Source: Methylotenera sp. (GTDB lineage: Bacteria; Pseudomonadota; Gammaproteobacteria; Burkholderiales; Methylophilaceae). From it: a DNA stretch of 32,000 nucleotides. Under the pieces are notes generated by a model. It did no database searches. It was not told where the DNA came from and was given only the letters and a program-made list of their open reading frames with translations. Positions within the stretch are counted from its first letter, which is position 1, and each line of letters opens with the position of its first letter. The stretch covers positions 1-32,000 of the forward strand of contig NZ_JAUXOY010000014.1 in NCBI RefSeq assembly GCF_030684185.1. Reading direction: 5' to 3'. The translations under genes were made by a program, and so were the position numbers. Shown here one piece after another: positions 1-8,884 of this stretch.

Positions 1-3
1 CTT

Positions 4-80
4 CGGCGTGTAGCGTAGCCTGGTAGCGCGCCTGCTTTGGGAGCAGGATGTCGGGAGTTCGAATCTCTCCACGCCGACCA
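4..80 (+). tRNA. tRNA-Pro (anticodon TGG)
   Basis: Cloverleaf read by eye: acceptor cggcgtg/cacgccg, anticodon arm cctgc-tttggga-gcagg (TGG), T-arm gggag-ttcgaat-ctctc, encoded CCA; 77 nt. Confidence 0.9.
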
Positions 81-181
81 AATTTTAACTTGTTGAATTG
101 CTTCGTAAATCATCAACAAATAAAGATGAAAGTCAGCCCGAATAGCTTTATATCTGGCATATAAAGCCTTGTAACCACAAT

Positions 182-258
182 CTGCCCGTAGCTCAACCGG
201 ATAGAGCACCAGCCTTCTAAGCTGGGGGTTACAGGTTCGATTCCTGTCGGGCAGACCA
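182..258 (+). tRNA. tRNA-Arg (anticodon TCT)
   Basis: Acceptor ctgcccg/cgggcag, D-arm gctc-aaccggata-gagc, anticodon arm ccagc-cttctaa-gctgg (TCT), T-arm acagg-ttcgatt-cctgt, encoded CCA; 77 nt. Confidence 0.9.
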
Positions 259-275
259 TGCATTAAAGTCTCTAT

Positions 276-352
276 GGTGGCTGTAGCTCAGTTGGTAGAG
301 TCCAGGATTGTGATTCCTGTTGTCGTGGGTTCGAGCCCCATCAGCCACCCCA
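276..352 (+). tRNA. tRNA-His (anticodon GTG) with extra 5' G(-1)
   Basis: G-1 followed by acceptor gtggctg/cagccac, anticodon arm cagga-ttgtgat-tcctg (GTG), T-loop ttcgagc, encoded CCA. Confidence 0.9.
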
Positions 353-361
353 TATTCTATA

Positions 362-388
362 AGCCTCACAGTGCAGTGGGGCTTTTTT
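362..388 (+). terminator. Rho-independent terminator of the tRNA cluster
   Basis: 8-bp stem agcctcac/gtggggct (one G-U pair), 6-nt loop, then TTTTT. Confidence 0.75.
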
Positions 389-797
389 ACACCTAGAGGT
401 TTTGGTGTTTCGTAGCTATTTTGTAACCGAATTTAATCAATACAAAATCTCATATCCACCACGAACACTATTCACAGACGAGTAGCAACACTAGCCCGAC
501 CAACGAATACCTAAAGGCATTTTAGACATGAGTTAAGTGCGGACCAGCACGATGCGCTGACTGAAGTGTCTGAGGCGCTAATTATGTGGGCAGCTCAAGG
601 GTTTATAAGTTGGCCGTTTTATAGGTTTTACTCGTTAAGTATGTGTTGAAATTGGCTGTATACAACCAAAAATGTTACAAATATGTAAAAAATCAATCAC
701 CTATATATTATTTGGTAAAATATTATCAGTGATAAATTGGCATGGCCTAGCATGTAGTTTTTTGCTTTTATATTGACATTAATATTTGGAGATTAAT

Positions 798-1325
798 ATG
801 TTTCGTTTAACAATGGGCGCTACCCTAATAGCAGCAGCATTTTTTGCAAACACAGCAGTGGCTGGGCATGACACAATCAAGCCTAAGTCTTATGACAGTT
901 TGGGTAAATGCGTTAAAGCAGCACTTAGTAAACACGACGGCAAGATTGTCAAAGTTGAATTCAAATCTGAGAAAAAAACAGGAATTTATGAATTTGATAT
1001 TGAATCAGCTGATGGTAAAGCATGGGATATTGAGTGTGATGCTAAAACAGGCAAAGTGACTGAGATTGAAGAGGAAGTTAAAGCCGATGATGCTAGATTC
1101 ATCGCTCTGGCTAAAGTGACTGAGGCTGAAGCTAAAGCAACCGCATTAGCGGCGCACCCGGGTACTGTGGTTGAAACAGAGTATGAACTTGAATCAGATG
1201 GTAAAGCCTCTTATGAATTCGATATACTTGAAGCTGATGGAGAAGAAATTAAAGTTGAAGTTGATGCAACTACAGGCAAGATTGTAGAGGCTAGTTATGA
1301 GGTTTATCAAATTGGTAAAGAGTGA
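798..1325 (+). CDS. Secreted protein with two PepSY domains
   Basis: SD ggag upstream of the ATG at 798 (the ORF track begins at a TTG at 786). Signal peptide [23 protein letters not shown]. Two repeats of the PepSY-like pattern (..[24 protein letters not shown].. and ..[24 protein letters not shown]..). Confidence 0.8.
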   Translation: MFRLTMGATLIAAAFFANTAVAGHDTIKPKSYDSLGKCVKAALSKHDGKIVKVEFKSEKKTGIYEFDIESADGKAWDIECDAKTGKVTEIEEEVKADDARFIALAKVTEAEAKATALAAHPGTVVETEYELESDGKASYEFDILEADGEEIKVEVDATTGKIVEASYEVYQIGKE

Positions 1326-1366
1326 TTTTTGTAACATTTTTTGTTAAAAAAATTACGATAGCGGTA

Positions 1367-1405
1367 AAGTAGAAAAGGCGCCACAGGGCGCCTTTTCTAC
1401 TTTTT
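1367..1405 (+). terminator. Rho-independent terminator after the PepSY gene
   Basis: Perfect 16-bp stem aagtagaaaaggcgcc/ggcgccttttctactt, loop acag, followed by a T-run. Confidence 0.85.
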
Positions 1406-1707
1406 AACACATGCGAATTAACAAAACTTAAGTGAGGAATCTATCCAGTTTACTGTACGCACAACCCTTAAAATTATGTAACAGTAAAAAGTCCTAGTGA
1501 TAGTATTCCCTGATACTACATATGCTACAAACGTGCCAAGTTTATATAGTCAATTAATATCTACTTAACCATTTGAATATATTGTATTTTTTATGTTTCC
1601 TGCCAATTCTATTTAATGTGATTATTTGAAGATTTTGGTTATAAGCAACCAGCAGGGTTGTATACAACCACCAACTTTGAAAAATATTACTTTATTCACT
1701 TGTAACG

Positions 1708-3198
1708 TCATGCTCGTAACAATTTAGTTTGCTGATTCAAAAAAACAGCTTTAAGGCGTTTAATGCCTGAGCGAATTTCATCATTATTCAAATTAGCAAA
1801 GCCAAGTCGGATGGCGGGAATCTGGTAGTTAGAAGCTGAAAAATTTACGCCAGCTGATATGCTTATTTTTTCTGATTCCGCATCACTGATTAATATATTC
1901 ATATCGATTGTTTGATTTATTTCAAGCCATATGGCTAAGCCGCTATCTGGCACTCGAAAGCTCACAAACTCACTTAACTCATTATGTATAAGGCTAGAGA
2001 TGAAAGTGCTGCGCTCTTCGTAAATCTTTAGGGTACGTAAATTATGCCTTTTTATTTCACCCGTATGCAGCAATTCCGCAATTGCTAACTCTGTAATAAT
2101 GTCACCTTGACGGTCAATCAAGGTGACTTGGTTTGCACACTGGTGAATGATTTCTTTAGGTGCCACGATATAGCCGATTCGAAAACCAGGCGCCAATACT
2201 TTAGAAAGCGAGCCAATATAAATGACGCGATTAGATTTTTGTATGCTGGCAAGAGGTAGGGTAACTTTTTGAGAAAAATTAAACTCATAATCACTATCGT
2301 CTTCGATAATTAAAAAATCATATTGTTCTGCAAGTGCCAGGAGCTTCTTTCTCCGTTCTTGCGACATACATACGGTAGTGGGAATCTGATGGTGTGGAGT
2401 GACATAAACCGCGCGTATTTTATGCTGACTGCATAGCAGTTCCAGATTGTCTACGTCTATTCCTTCATCATCATGTGCGACGCTCACAATATTAGCACCA
2501 CAACTTTTAAATGCTTCGCGGGCAAGCGGGTTAGTGAGCTGCTCAACAACGACACAATCACCAGTTTCTATAAAAACTCTCGCTGTTAAAAAAACGCCCA
2601 TTTGGCTGCCACGGACGATGCATAAATTTTCAATATTTGCATGAAGCCCTCTCTCCATATTAAGCATTTGAAGAATAGCTTCTCGTAAAATCATAGAGCC
2701 CTTAGGGTCACCGTAGGCTGATTTATTATTTCTTGCAGAAAAAATCAATGCATGTCGCATTGCACGGGAAAGCATTTCAAAGGGCAATAATCGAACATCA
2801 GGTAGTCCTTCGCTGAAGTGGATAAAGTCATGTTCCTGGCGCTTGCTTAGAATAGGTGTTACCTCTTTACTGAGGGGGAGTGATGCCCGATGCTGAATTT
2901 TTAGCGGTGGTTTGTTCTGATGGTTGACAGTAAGGACCCGGGGAGAGACGAATGTTCCGCGCTTGCTCTCGCTAATCAGCCAGCCTTCAGAAATTAGTTC
3001 GTCATAAGCCTGAATGACTGTTTTTCGATTAACTTTGATTTTATTGGCAAGATCTCGTGTGCCCGGAAGTGCCACCCCGGGTGTGAAGCGCCCACTTTGA
3101 ATATCGCCGATGATTTTTTGTGCGATTTGCACATGAATTGCGGTGCCTGATTCACGCGCAATATCGACGTTGAGTTCCCACGGTCTTAGCATAGCCAT
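1708..3198 (-). CDS. MocR/GntR-family transcriptional regulator with a PLP-dependent aminotransferase-like domain
   Basis: N-terminal GntR winged HTH (LPGTRDLANKIKVNRKTVIQAYDELISEGWL). Long fold-type-I aminotransferase-like C-terminal domain with the PLP-lysine motif GSLSKVLAPGFRIGY. 496 aa. Confidence 0.85.
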   Translation of the reverse strand: MAMLRPWELNVDIARESGTAIHVQIAQKIIGDIQSGRFTPGVALPGTRDLANKIKVNRKTVIQAYDELISEGWLISESKRGTFVSPRVLTVNHQNKPPLKIQHRASLPLSKEVTPILSKRQEHDFIHFSEGLPDVRLLPFEMLSRAMRHALIFSARNNKSAYGDPKGSMILREAILQMLNMERGLHANIENLCIVRGSQMGVFLTARVFIETGDCVVVEQLTNPLAREAFKSCGANIVSVAHDDEGIDVDNLELLCSQHKIRAVYVTPHHQIPTTVCMSQERRKKLLALAEQYDFLIIEDDSDYEFNFSQKVTLPLASIQKSNRVIYIGSLSKVLAPGFRIGYIVAPKEIIHQCANQVTLIDRQGDIITELAIAELLHTGEIKRHNLRTLKIYEERSTFISSLIHNELSEFVSFRVPDSGLAIWLEINQTIDMNILISDAESEKISISAGVNFSASNYQIPAIRLGFANLNNDEIRSGIKRLKAVFLNQQTKLLRA

Positions 3199-3559
3199 CT
3201 CCTATCCAGTCAGCATATTGGTGATACATAATTTTTTCTGAGTAAGTGATTTCGTTCAGAAAATTACGCTTAATGGATACTAGGAGAACCCAAGTCGAGA
3301 ATATTACCAAAATTTTCAGTAGCTGCTGAATTTATTAAGTGGACCAGCATGAATTAAAAAACTGGATGGCCTAAAAGGCGGTTTTTTTATATACAGTTAC
3401 ATTCGTTTACAAATTGAAACAATTAAATTTAAAAAGCGTACATATTTGTATGCATTTATTACGTGGTTGAATCAATTGCCTGTCATCCTAGTGCCAGTTT
3501 TATGTGAGCAAATTGAGGTTAATTTACTTCACTCTTTTATATTATCTTTGGAGATAACT

Positions 3560-5431
3560 ATGTTTACAAAAAAACGAGTATTAGGACTAGCGGTAAGCGC
3601 AGCCTTGGCAATGCCAATGATTGCATCAGCAGCCGCTGACCAAGAAGCAGCAATGAAAGACGCAAACAACTGGGCTCACCCACGTGGTCAGCACGACAAC
3701 CAAGGCTACAGCAAGCTAGCGCAAGTAAATAAAGGCAACATCAAAAACCTTAAAGCTGCCTGGACATTCGCAACCGGTGTAAACCGTGGTCACGAAGGTT
3801 CACCAGTAGTTGTTGGTAACATGATGTATGTACATACAGCATTCCCAAACAACGTATATGCACTTGATTTAAACGACAATCAAAAAATCGTTTGGTCATA
3901 TTTCCCAAAACAAGACCCATCAGTACAAGCTGTTTTATGTTGCGATAACGTAAGTCGCGGTATGGGTTTTGGTGATGGAAAAATTTTCTTGCAACAAAAT
4001 GACGGTCACTTGGTGGCTTTAGACGCTAAAACAGGCGCTAAGGTTTGGTCTGTTTCAAATACAGACCCAAAAGTCGGCGCTACTAACACTAACGCGCCAC
4101 ACGTCATTAAAGATAAAGTGCTTACAGGTTGTTCAGGTGCTGAGTTCGGCGTACGTTGCTTTATCGCGGCATACAACATCAAAGACGGTTCATTAGCTTG
4201 GAAAGCTTACTCAACAGGCCCTGATGCTGAAGTGTTAATCGGCGAAGGCTTTAATAAAGATACACCTGAGTACAGTGCATTGTCAGTTTACCAAGACGTA
4301 AACGGCGGTAACAAAATTGGCGGTTCTTTCAAACCATTGCCACATGATCAATTGAAAATTGGCGAAAAAGAATTGGGTACACGTACCTGGTTAAAACCAC
4401 AGGCGGTTAAAGATGGCTGGCAACATGGTGGTGGTTCTGTGTGGGGCTGGTTTCCGTATGATGCCCGTACAAACTTAGTGTTCTACGGAATTGGTAACCC
4501 TTCTGTTTGGAATCCGGATGTACGTCCAGGCGACAACAAATGGTCTATGTCTGTATTTGCGCGTGATGTAGATACAGGTATGGCGCGTTGGGGCATGCAA
4601 ATGACTCCACATGATGAGTGGGATTACGATGGTGTGAATGAAGTGATCTTGTTCGACAAAGGCGGCAAAACTTATGCATGGCACCATGACCGTAACGGTT
4701 TCGCTTACACTTGGGTAGCTGGTACAGGTAAATTGGTTGCTGCTGAAAAAGTACACCCATTCGTGAACTGGGCCACTGGTGTTGATTTAAAAACCGGTGT
4801 GCCTAATAAAACACCAAATGCGTCAACGCACCAAGATTACAATGCTAAAGGCATCTGCCCGGCTGCATTGGGTACTAAAGATCAACAACCAGCTGCATAC
4901 TCACCAAAAACGGGTTTAATGTATTCACCACTTAACCACGTATGTATGACATACGAGCCGGTTGAGTCTAAATACGTTGCTGGTCAACCGTGGGTTGGTG
5001 CTACATTGACCATGTTCCCGGGTCCTGACGGTGTGATGGGTGGCTTTGCTGCTTATGACCCAATGACCAACAAAAAAGTATGGTACAACAAAGAGAAATT
5101 CTCTGCTTGGGGTGGTGTACTAACAACAGCTACTGGTTTAGTGTTCTACGGTACGTTAGATCGTTGGTTTAAAGCGGTGGATGATAAAACTGGTAAAGAA
5201 CTTTGGAAATTCCAAGTAGGTTCTGGCGTGATTGGTAATGCATTCACCTACGGTAACAAAGGTAAACAATACGTTGGCGTGCTATCAGGTATCGGTGGCT
5301 GGGCTGGTGTAGCGATGAACCTTGGTATGACTAACCCAACAGACGCTTTAGGCGCTGCGGGTGGTTATGCAGAACTAGTTAAATACAACGCGGCTCCTGG
5401 CGGCGGTGCATTGAACGTGTTTAGCCTATAA
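3560..5431 (+). CDS. xoxF: PQQ-dependent methanol/ethanol dehydrogenase, XoxF (lanthanide) type
   Basis: SD ggaga 7 nt upstream of the ATG at 3560, which is internal to the track ORF starting at 3446. Signal peptide MFTKKRVLGLAVSAALAMPMIASAAA. Vicinal Cys pair (VLCCDN), repeated W/propeller motifs, and WDYDGVNE, the extra Asp characteristic of XoxF (MxaF has WDYAG). Confidence 0.9.
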   Translation: MFTKKRVLGLAVSAALAMPMIASAAADQEAAMKDANNWAHPRGQHDNQGYSKLAQVNKGNIKNLKAAWTFATGVNRGHEGSPVVVGNMMYVHTAFPNNVYALDLNDNQKIVWSYFPKQDPSVQAVLCCDNVSRGMGFGDGKIFLQQNDGHLVALDAKTGAKVWSVSNTDPKVGATNTNAPHVIKDKVLTGCSGAEFGVRCFIAAYNIKDGSLAWKAYSTGPDAEVLIGEGFNKDTPEYSALSVYQDVNGGNKIGGSFKPLPHDQLKIGEKELGTRTWLKPQAVKDGWQHGGGSVWGWFPYDARTNLVFYGIGNPSVWNPDVRPGDNKWSMSVFARDVDTGMARWGMQMTPHDEWDYDGVNEVILFDKGGKTYAWHHDRNGFAYTWVAGTGKLVAAEKVHPFVNWATGVDLKTGVPNKTPNASTHQDYNAKGICPAALGTKDQQPAAYSPKTGLMYSPLNHVCMTYEPVESKYVAGQPWVGATLTMFPGPDGVMGGFAAYDPMTNKKVWYNKEKFSAWGGVLTTATGLVFYGTLDRWFKAVDDKTGKELWKFQVGSGVIGNAFTYGNKGKQYVGVLSGIGGWAGVAMNLGMTNPTDALGAAGGYAELVKYNAAPGGGALNVFSL

Positions 5432-5490
5432 TTTAACCTTACAGTTTTTAGTAAGATTAAGTTGTAACTAATACAAGGTAGTTATATTAA

Positions 5491-5525
5491 AACGCCTCGA
5501 TTCGTCGGGGCGTTTTATTATTTTT
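5491..5525 (+). terminator. Rho-independent terminator after xoxF
   Basis: 10-bp stem aacgcctcga/tcggggcgtt (one G-U pair), loop ttcg, followed by ttattattttt. Confidence 0.8.
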
Positions 5526-5575
5526 AGTGGTGGATAGTCGCCATTCTATGCAAGTCTTTCAAAATAACCTTGATT

Positions 5576-6886
5576 ATGAGCCTTCAGCTTAAATTGAATT
5601 TGATGATTACTGGACTTCTGCTGCTGCTGTTAAGCGCGAGTGCATTTTTTATTGTGAAAAACGCCAGTGAAGACGTTCGCGCTGAGGTAACGTCTACCGC
5701 CAATTTAGCTTTGCATTTATTAGATGCTGAAATATTGCAACATTCCTCTGATTTTGGCTGGATTAACAATGCCGAGAGTAATTCTATTTTCAGGTTGCAA
5801 AACTTAGGCAATATCAGACACCTGAAAATAGAGTTTTATGACATGAACGGCAAACTGCGTGAAAGCAACCGCAGTAAGCAACAGGGATTAGAAAATAATG
5901 CCCCGCCAAAATGGTTTACTAATGCCATGGGTCTGTCAGGCGCGGGTCTGAGTAAACACACTAGAAAAATTATGTTGAGCGGGCGTTATGTCGGACAGTT
6001 GGTCATCACGCCTGATCCGAGTTATGAGATTGCTGAAGTTTGGGGTGACACTATCTGGATTTTAGGTTTAGCGGCAATATTTTTTGTACTCATCAATATG
6101 TTAGTTTATTTTGCGGTGCGATACACATTCAAACCAGTCGATAGAATTGTAGAAGCACTCACGCAAATGCAGCATGGGTTATTCAGCAATAGGTTGCCCG
6201 ATTTTAAACAAGTGGAACTGCAGGAAATCGGCCAAAAATTTAATGCGATGGCAGATACGTTGCAGAAAAGTACGCAAAATAACCATCGCTTAACGCAGCA
6301 GGTTATCCGTTTGCAAGAAGACGAACGTAAAAACTTAGCACGTGAAATACACGATGAAATCGGTCAGTATTTAACGGCTATTCATATGGATGCCAGTGCA
6401 ATTTTAAACGGCAAGAAGTTGTCAGGTGCAAAAGAAAGCGCAAAAGCCATCAGTGATGTTACGCGTCAGATGATGGATATGGTCCGTGAGATTTTACAGC
6501 GCCTTCGCCCGCGTGTTTTGGATGAGCTTGGGCTTGGTTTAGCTTTAGATGAGTTGATGCACCAATGGCGTCATCGCAGCAGAAATGTCAGGCTGACTCA
6601 CAATATTACTAAAGATTTAGGCGTGCTAGATGAAGCAGTATCCATTACGGCATATCGAGTGGTACAGGAGTGTTTAACCAACATCGTAAAGCATGCCAAT
6701 GCGCGTCAGGTGGCTGTAAGTGTTACGCAAGATGCGCAATATATCTACATTAAAATCGAAGATGATGGTGTTGGTTTTGATACAACACTGGCAACGCAGG
6801 GCTATGGTCTGGCTGGTATGAGCGAGCGTATTCAGGGCTTAATGGGGCATATGAATTTAGATGATAAACGTATTGTTAGCAGATGA
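5576..6886 (+). CDS. Sensor histidine kinase, NarX/HisKA_3 family (HAMP + HisKA_3 + HATPase_c), apparently C-terminally truncated
   Basis: Two TM segments. HAMP-like region (FKPVDRIVEALTQMQHGLFSNRLP...). H-box LAREIHDEIGQYLTAI, N-box ECLTNIVKHANA, G1 EDDGVGF, G2 GYGLAGMSER. The ORF stops 20-odd residues earlier than usual and overlaps the regulator gene by 26 nt. Start is uncertain (TTG 5570 or ATG 5576). Confidence 0.75.
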   Translation: MSLQLKLNLMITGLLLLLLSASAFFIVKNASEDVRAEVTSTANLALHLLDAEILQHSSDFGWINNAESNSIFRLQNLGNIRHLKIEFYDMNGKLRESNRSKQQGLENNAPPKWFTNAMGLSGAGLSKHTRKIMLSGRYVGQLVITPDPSYEIAEVWGDTIWILGLAAIFFVLINMLVYFAVRYTFKPVDRIVEALTQMQHGLFSNRLPDFKQVELQEIGQKFNAMADTLQKSTQNNHRLTQQVIRLQEDERKNLAREIHDEIGQYLTAIHMDASAILNGKKLSGAKESAKAISDVTRQMMDMVREILQRLRPRVLDELGLGLALDELMHQWRHRSRNVRLTHNITKDLGVLDEAVSITAYRVVQECLTNIVKHANARQVAVSVTQDAQYIYIKIEDDGVGFDTTLATQGYGLAGMSERIQGLMGHMNLDDKRIVSR

Positions 6887-7493
6887 TCACACCGTAGTGC
6901 GCGCAGGCTATCGCCATTTATTGCAGTCTGCGCCTGATATTAAAATTATTGCAGAAGCCGATACCGGTGAAGAAGCCTATCGGCTTTGCGAACAACTGCA
7001 ACCGGATGTCACCGTTATGGACATCTCCATGCCGGGCATGGGTGGGCTTGAAGCCTTGCGACGCATACGCGCCCAAAACGAACATGCAAAAGTGCTGATA
7101 TTCAGCATGCACGATGACGCCGTATTTCCTTCACGCGCGCTTGAGGCGGGCGCACGCGGCTATCTTTCAAAGTCCTGCTCGCCAGAGGCACTGATACAAG
7201 CCGTGCGAACCATTGCCGCCGGCAGTAAATATATCGGGCAAGAAGTTGCACATAAGGTTGCATTGCAAATGTCGCAAGGCACAGGTAATTTACTTAAAAA
7301 ACTCACCCCGCGCGAGTTTGAAACATTCACCCTGTTAGCTCAAGGTGTGCCGCTGGCAGCGTTGGCAGAGCAACAGCATATTGACTATAAAACTGTGACA
7401 AGCGTGCAAGCGCGCATACGGCAAAAACTTGGCATAGAAAACACCGCACAATTAGTCATGCTGGCTATTCGGTCTGGGGTGATTAAAGTTTAA
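6861..7493 (+). CDS. NarL/FixJ-family response regulator (REC + LuxR-type HTH)
   Basis: MINVLLADDHTVVRAGY..., phospho-acceptor context VTVMDISMPGMGG, C-terminal LTPREFETFTLLAQG...TVTSVQARIRQKLG; 210 aa. Confidence 0.9.
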   Translation: MINVLLADDHTVVRAGYRHLLQSAPDIKIIAEADTGEEAYRLCEQLQPDVTVMDISMPGMGGLEALRRIRAQNEHAKVLIFSMHDDAVFPSRALEAGARGYLSKSCSPEALIQAVRTIAAGSKYIGQEVAHKVALQMSQGTGNLLKKLTPREFETFTLLAQGVPLAALAEQQHIDYKTVTSVQARIRQKLGIENTAQLVMLAIRSGVIKV

Positions 7494-7648
7494 ACCCAGA
7501 TTTTCCATTAGAACCGAACCGTTCCTTCCCCCTTGCAGGGGGAAGGCTAGGATGGGGGTAGAGCAGCAACATTGCCACGTTTCGACCCCCTCCCTAACCC
7601 TCCCCCTGCAAGGGGGAGGGATCTTTAGCCTAATGGAAAATCTGGGTT
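7494..7648. repeat. About 155-bp palindromic MITE/REP-like element directly after the regulator stop codon
   Basis: 19-bp terminal inverted repeats aacccagattttccattag (7494-7512) and ctaatggaaaatctgggtt (7630-7648). Two internal G/C hairpins, ccttccccc-ttgca-gggggaagg (7524-7546) and ccctccccc-tgcaa-gggggaggg (7598-7620), are near reverse complements of each other. Confidence 0.7.
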
Positions 7649-7878
7649 AAAAGCGAATAATTTTTATAGGGAGTGATATTGGCTGGCGATTAAAAACAAG
7701 CTGGAAAATCACATCGGGAGTTTTTCCCGTAGTTACAGTGGTTTTTTCCTATTAAGAAAAAGAAGTGAGCAACTTTATGATGTCTTATCTGCTAAATGAA
7801 GCGGGTAAGTAAGTAGTAGGAATATTTTAGTAAATTTTTTAAAAAAATTTTAGACATCAATAATCAGGAGAAGCAAAC

Positions 7879-8811
7879 ATGAAAAACTTAAGCATGAAAA
7901 AAATTGTGAAAAAAGAACAGGGTTTTACGCTGTTAGAACTATTAGTGGTGATTACACTATTAGCGATTCTTTCAGTAGGCGCATTAGTCGCTTATGAAGG
8001 TGTTGGCGATAACGCACAAGCCACAGCAGCTGCCAACAACACAGCAGGTGCAGACCGTGCGATTCGTAACTATAAAGCCGTGACATTAAACTACCCGGAT
8101 CAATGGGATATGTTATCTACTACAACAGGTGCAACGCCAACTTTCTTGCACACTAAAACACAAGCAGCATTTGGTGTAATGACAGCTCCTGCTGCTGGTG
8201 CATTTAAAACTAAATTTGATGCAGGCTTTGTATCTGTAGGTATTACAGAGTTGCAAACACGTATAATTCCTGGTTTAACACCCAATGTAGACCCTAACTT
8301 GCAACACAATGAAGGTGCACTTGGTCTTTCTGCTGGTACTGACGTAGTTGAAGATGACTTTGGTAATTTTAACTTCTATTCAATCTTGCCAACATTTGGT
8401 GCGGCTGCATGTCAGATTAATGGTGCTGCACCAGCTGTTTTCACTAAGTTAAACGGTGATGCATTTACAGCAGCTGATGGCCAACGTCAAAACGTAATCA
8501 ATGATTACCTTGGTGCAGACGAATGTCATCTAGTCTTGGCTTTAGGTTTCGGTCACGATGCGGCTCATAGCACTAATAACGCTTCAGTGGCTATTGCAAC
8601 TGCACCTACTTTTGTTAGCAAAGACATCAACCCAGCTAAAAACTATGCACGTTACGTTGCATTGTTCCATGTAGGTGGTGACGGTGAAAATGACGGCGTT
8701 GAAGATGGTGATATTACTGTAGATGAATTATTTGCTAAACCACGTTTATTGGCTGTAGTGGACACTGCTGGCAACGTAATTGACGAAAACATCGCTAAAC
8801 AAAATCCATAA
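7879..8811 (+). CDS. Large type IV pilin/pseudopilin-like protein (putative major subunit)
   Basis: SD aggaga 7 nt upstream. Class III signal MKNLSMKKIVKKEQG|FTLLELLVVITLLAIL with Glu at +5. 295-aa mature part with 2 Cys. First gene of the cluster, followed by a hairpin. Confidence 0.85.
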   Translation: MKNLSMKKIVKKEQGFTLLELLVVITLLAILSVGALVAYEGVGDNAQATAAANNTAGADRAIRNYKAVTLNYPDQWDMLSTTTGATPTFLHTKTQAAFGVMTAPAAGAFKTKFDAGFVSVGITELQTRIIPGLTPNVDPNLQHNEGALGLSAGTDVVEDDFGNFNFYSILPTFGAAACQINGAAPAVFTKLNGDAFTAADGQRQNVINDYLGADECHLVLALGFGHDAAHSTNNASVAIATAPTFVSKDINPAKNYARYVALFHVGGDGENDGVEDGDITVDELFAKPRLLAVVDTAGNVIDENIAKQNP

Positions 8812-8853
8812 TTGATTGGTAATTAAATCGATATAGATTGAAAGCGTAATACA

Positions 8854-8884
8854 AGAGACAGTGCTGTTTTGCAGCGCTGTCTCT
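8854..8884 (+). terminator. Hairpin (possible attenuator/terminator) after the first pilin gene
   Basis: agagacagtgctg / cagcgctgtctct 13-bp imperfect stem (one mismatch), followed by only a short tttaat tract, so probably a partial terminator. Confidence 0.5.

Noticed and set aside
353-797. Genomic-island or integration scar downstream of the tRNA-Pro/Arg/His cluster.
   Set aside because: There is no integrase and no direct repeat of a tRNA 3' end that I could find. There is only a 430-bp non-coding stretch followed by an ordinary PepSY gene.
844-1059. 71-aa alternative-frame ORF inside the PepSY gene. The same applies to small ORFs inside mocR (2447-2644), xoxF (4475-4760), the kinase (5584-5811), the regulator (6918-7112), the pilin (8100-8309), the MBL gene (20800-20997), the hydrolase (21484-21666) and thiG (23061-23360).
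   Set aside because: They are nested in better-supported CDSs and have no SD or domain signature.
3446-3559. Upstream extension of xoxF (track ORF starts at 3446).
   Set aside because: The extension has no signal-peptide logic. A canonical SD+ATG at 3560 yields a standard Sec signal peptide.
7650-7878. Sigma-54 (-24/-12) promoter upstream of the first pilin gene, as is common for pilA genes.
   Set aside because: The best candidate, tggctggcgattaaa, lacks the GC at -12 with correct GG-N10-GC spacing. The A/T palindrome aaattttttaaaaaaattt (about 7834-7853) is noted, but I cannot assign it a function.
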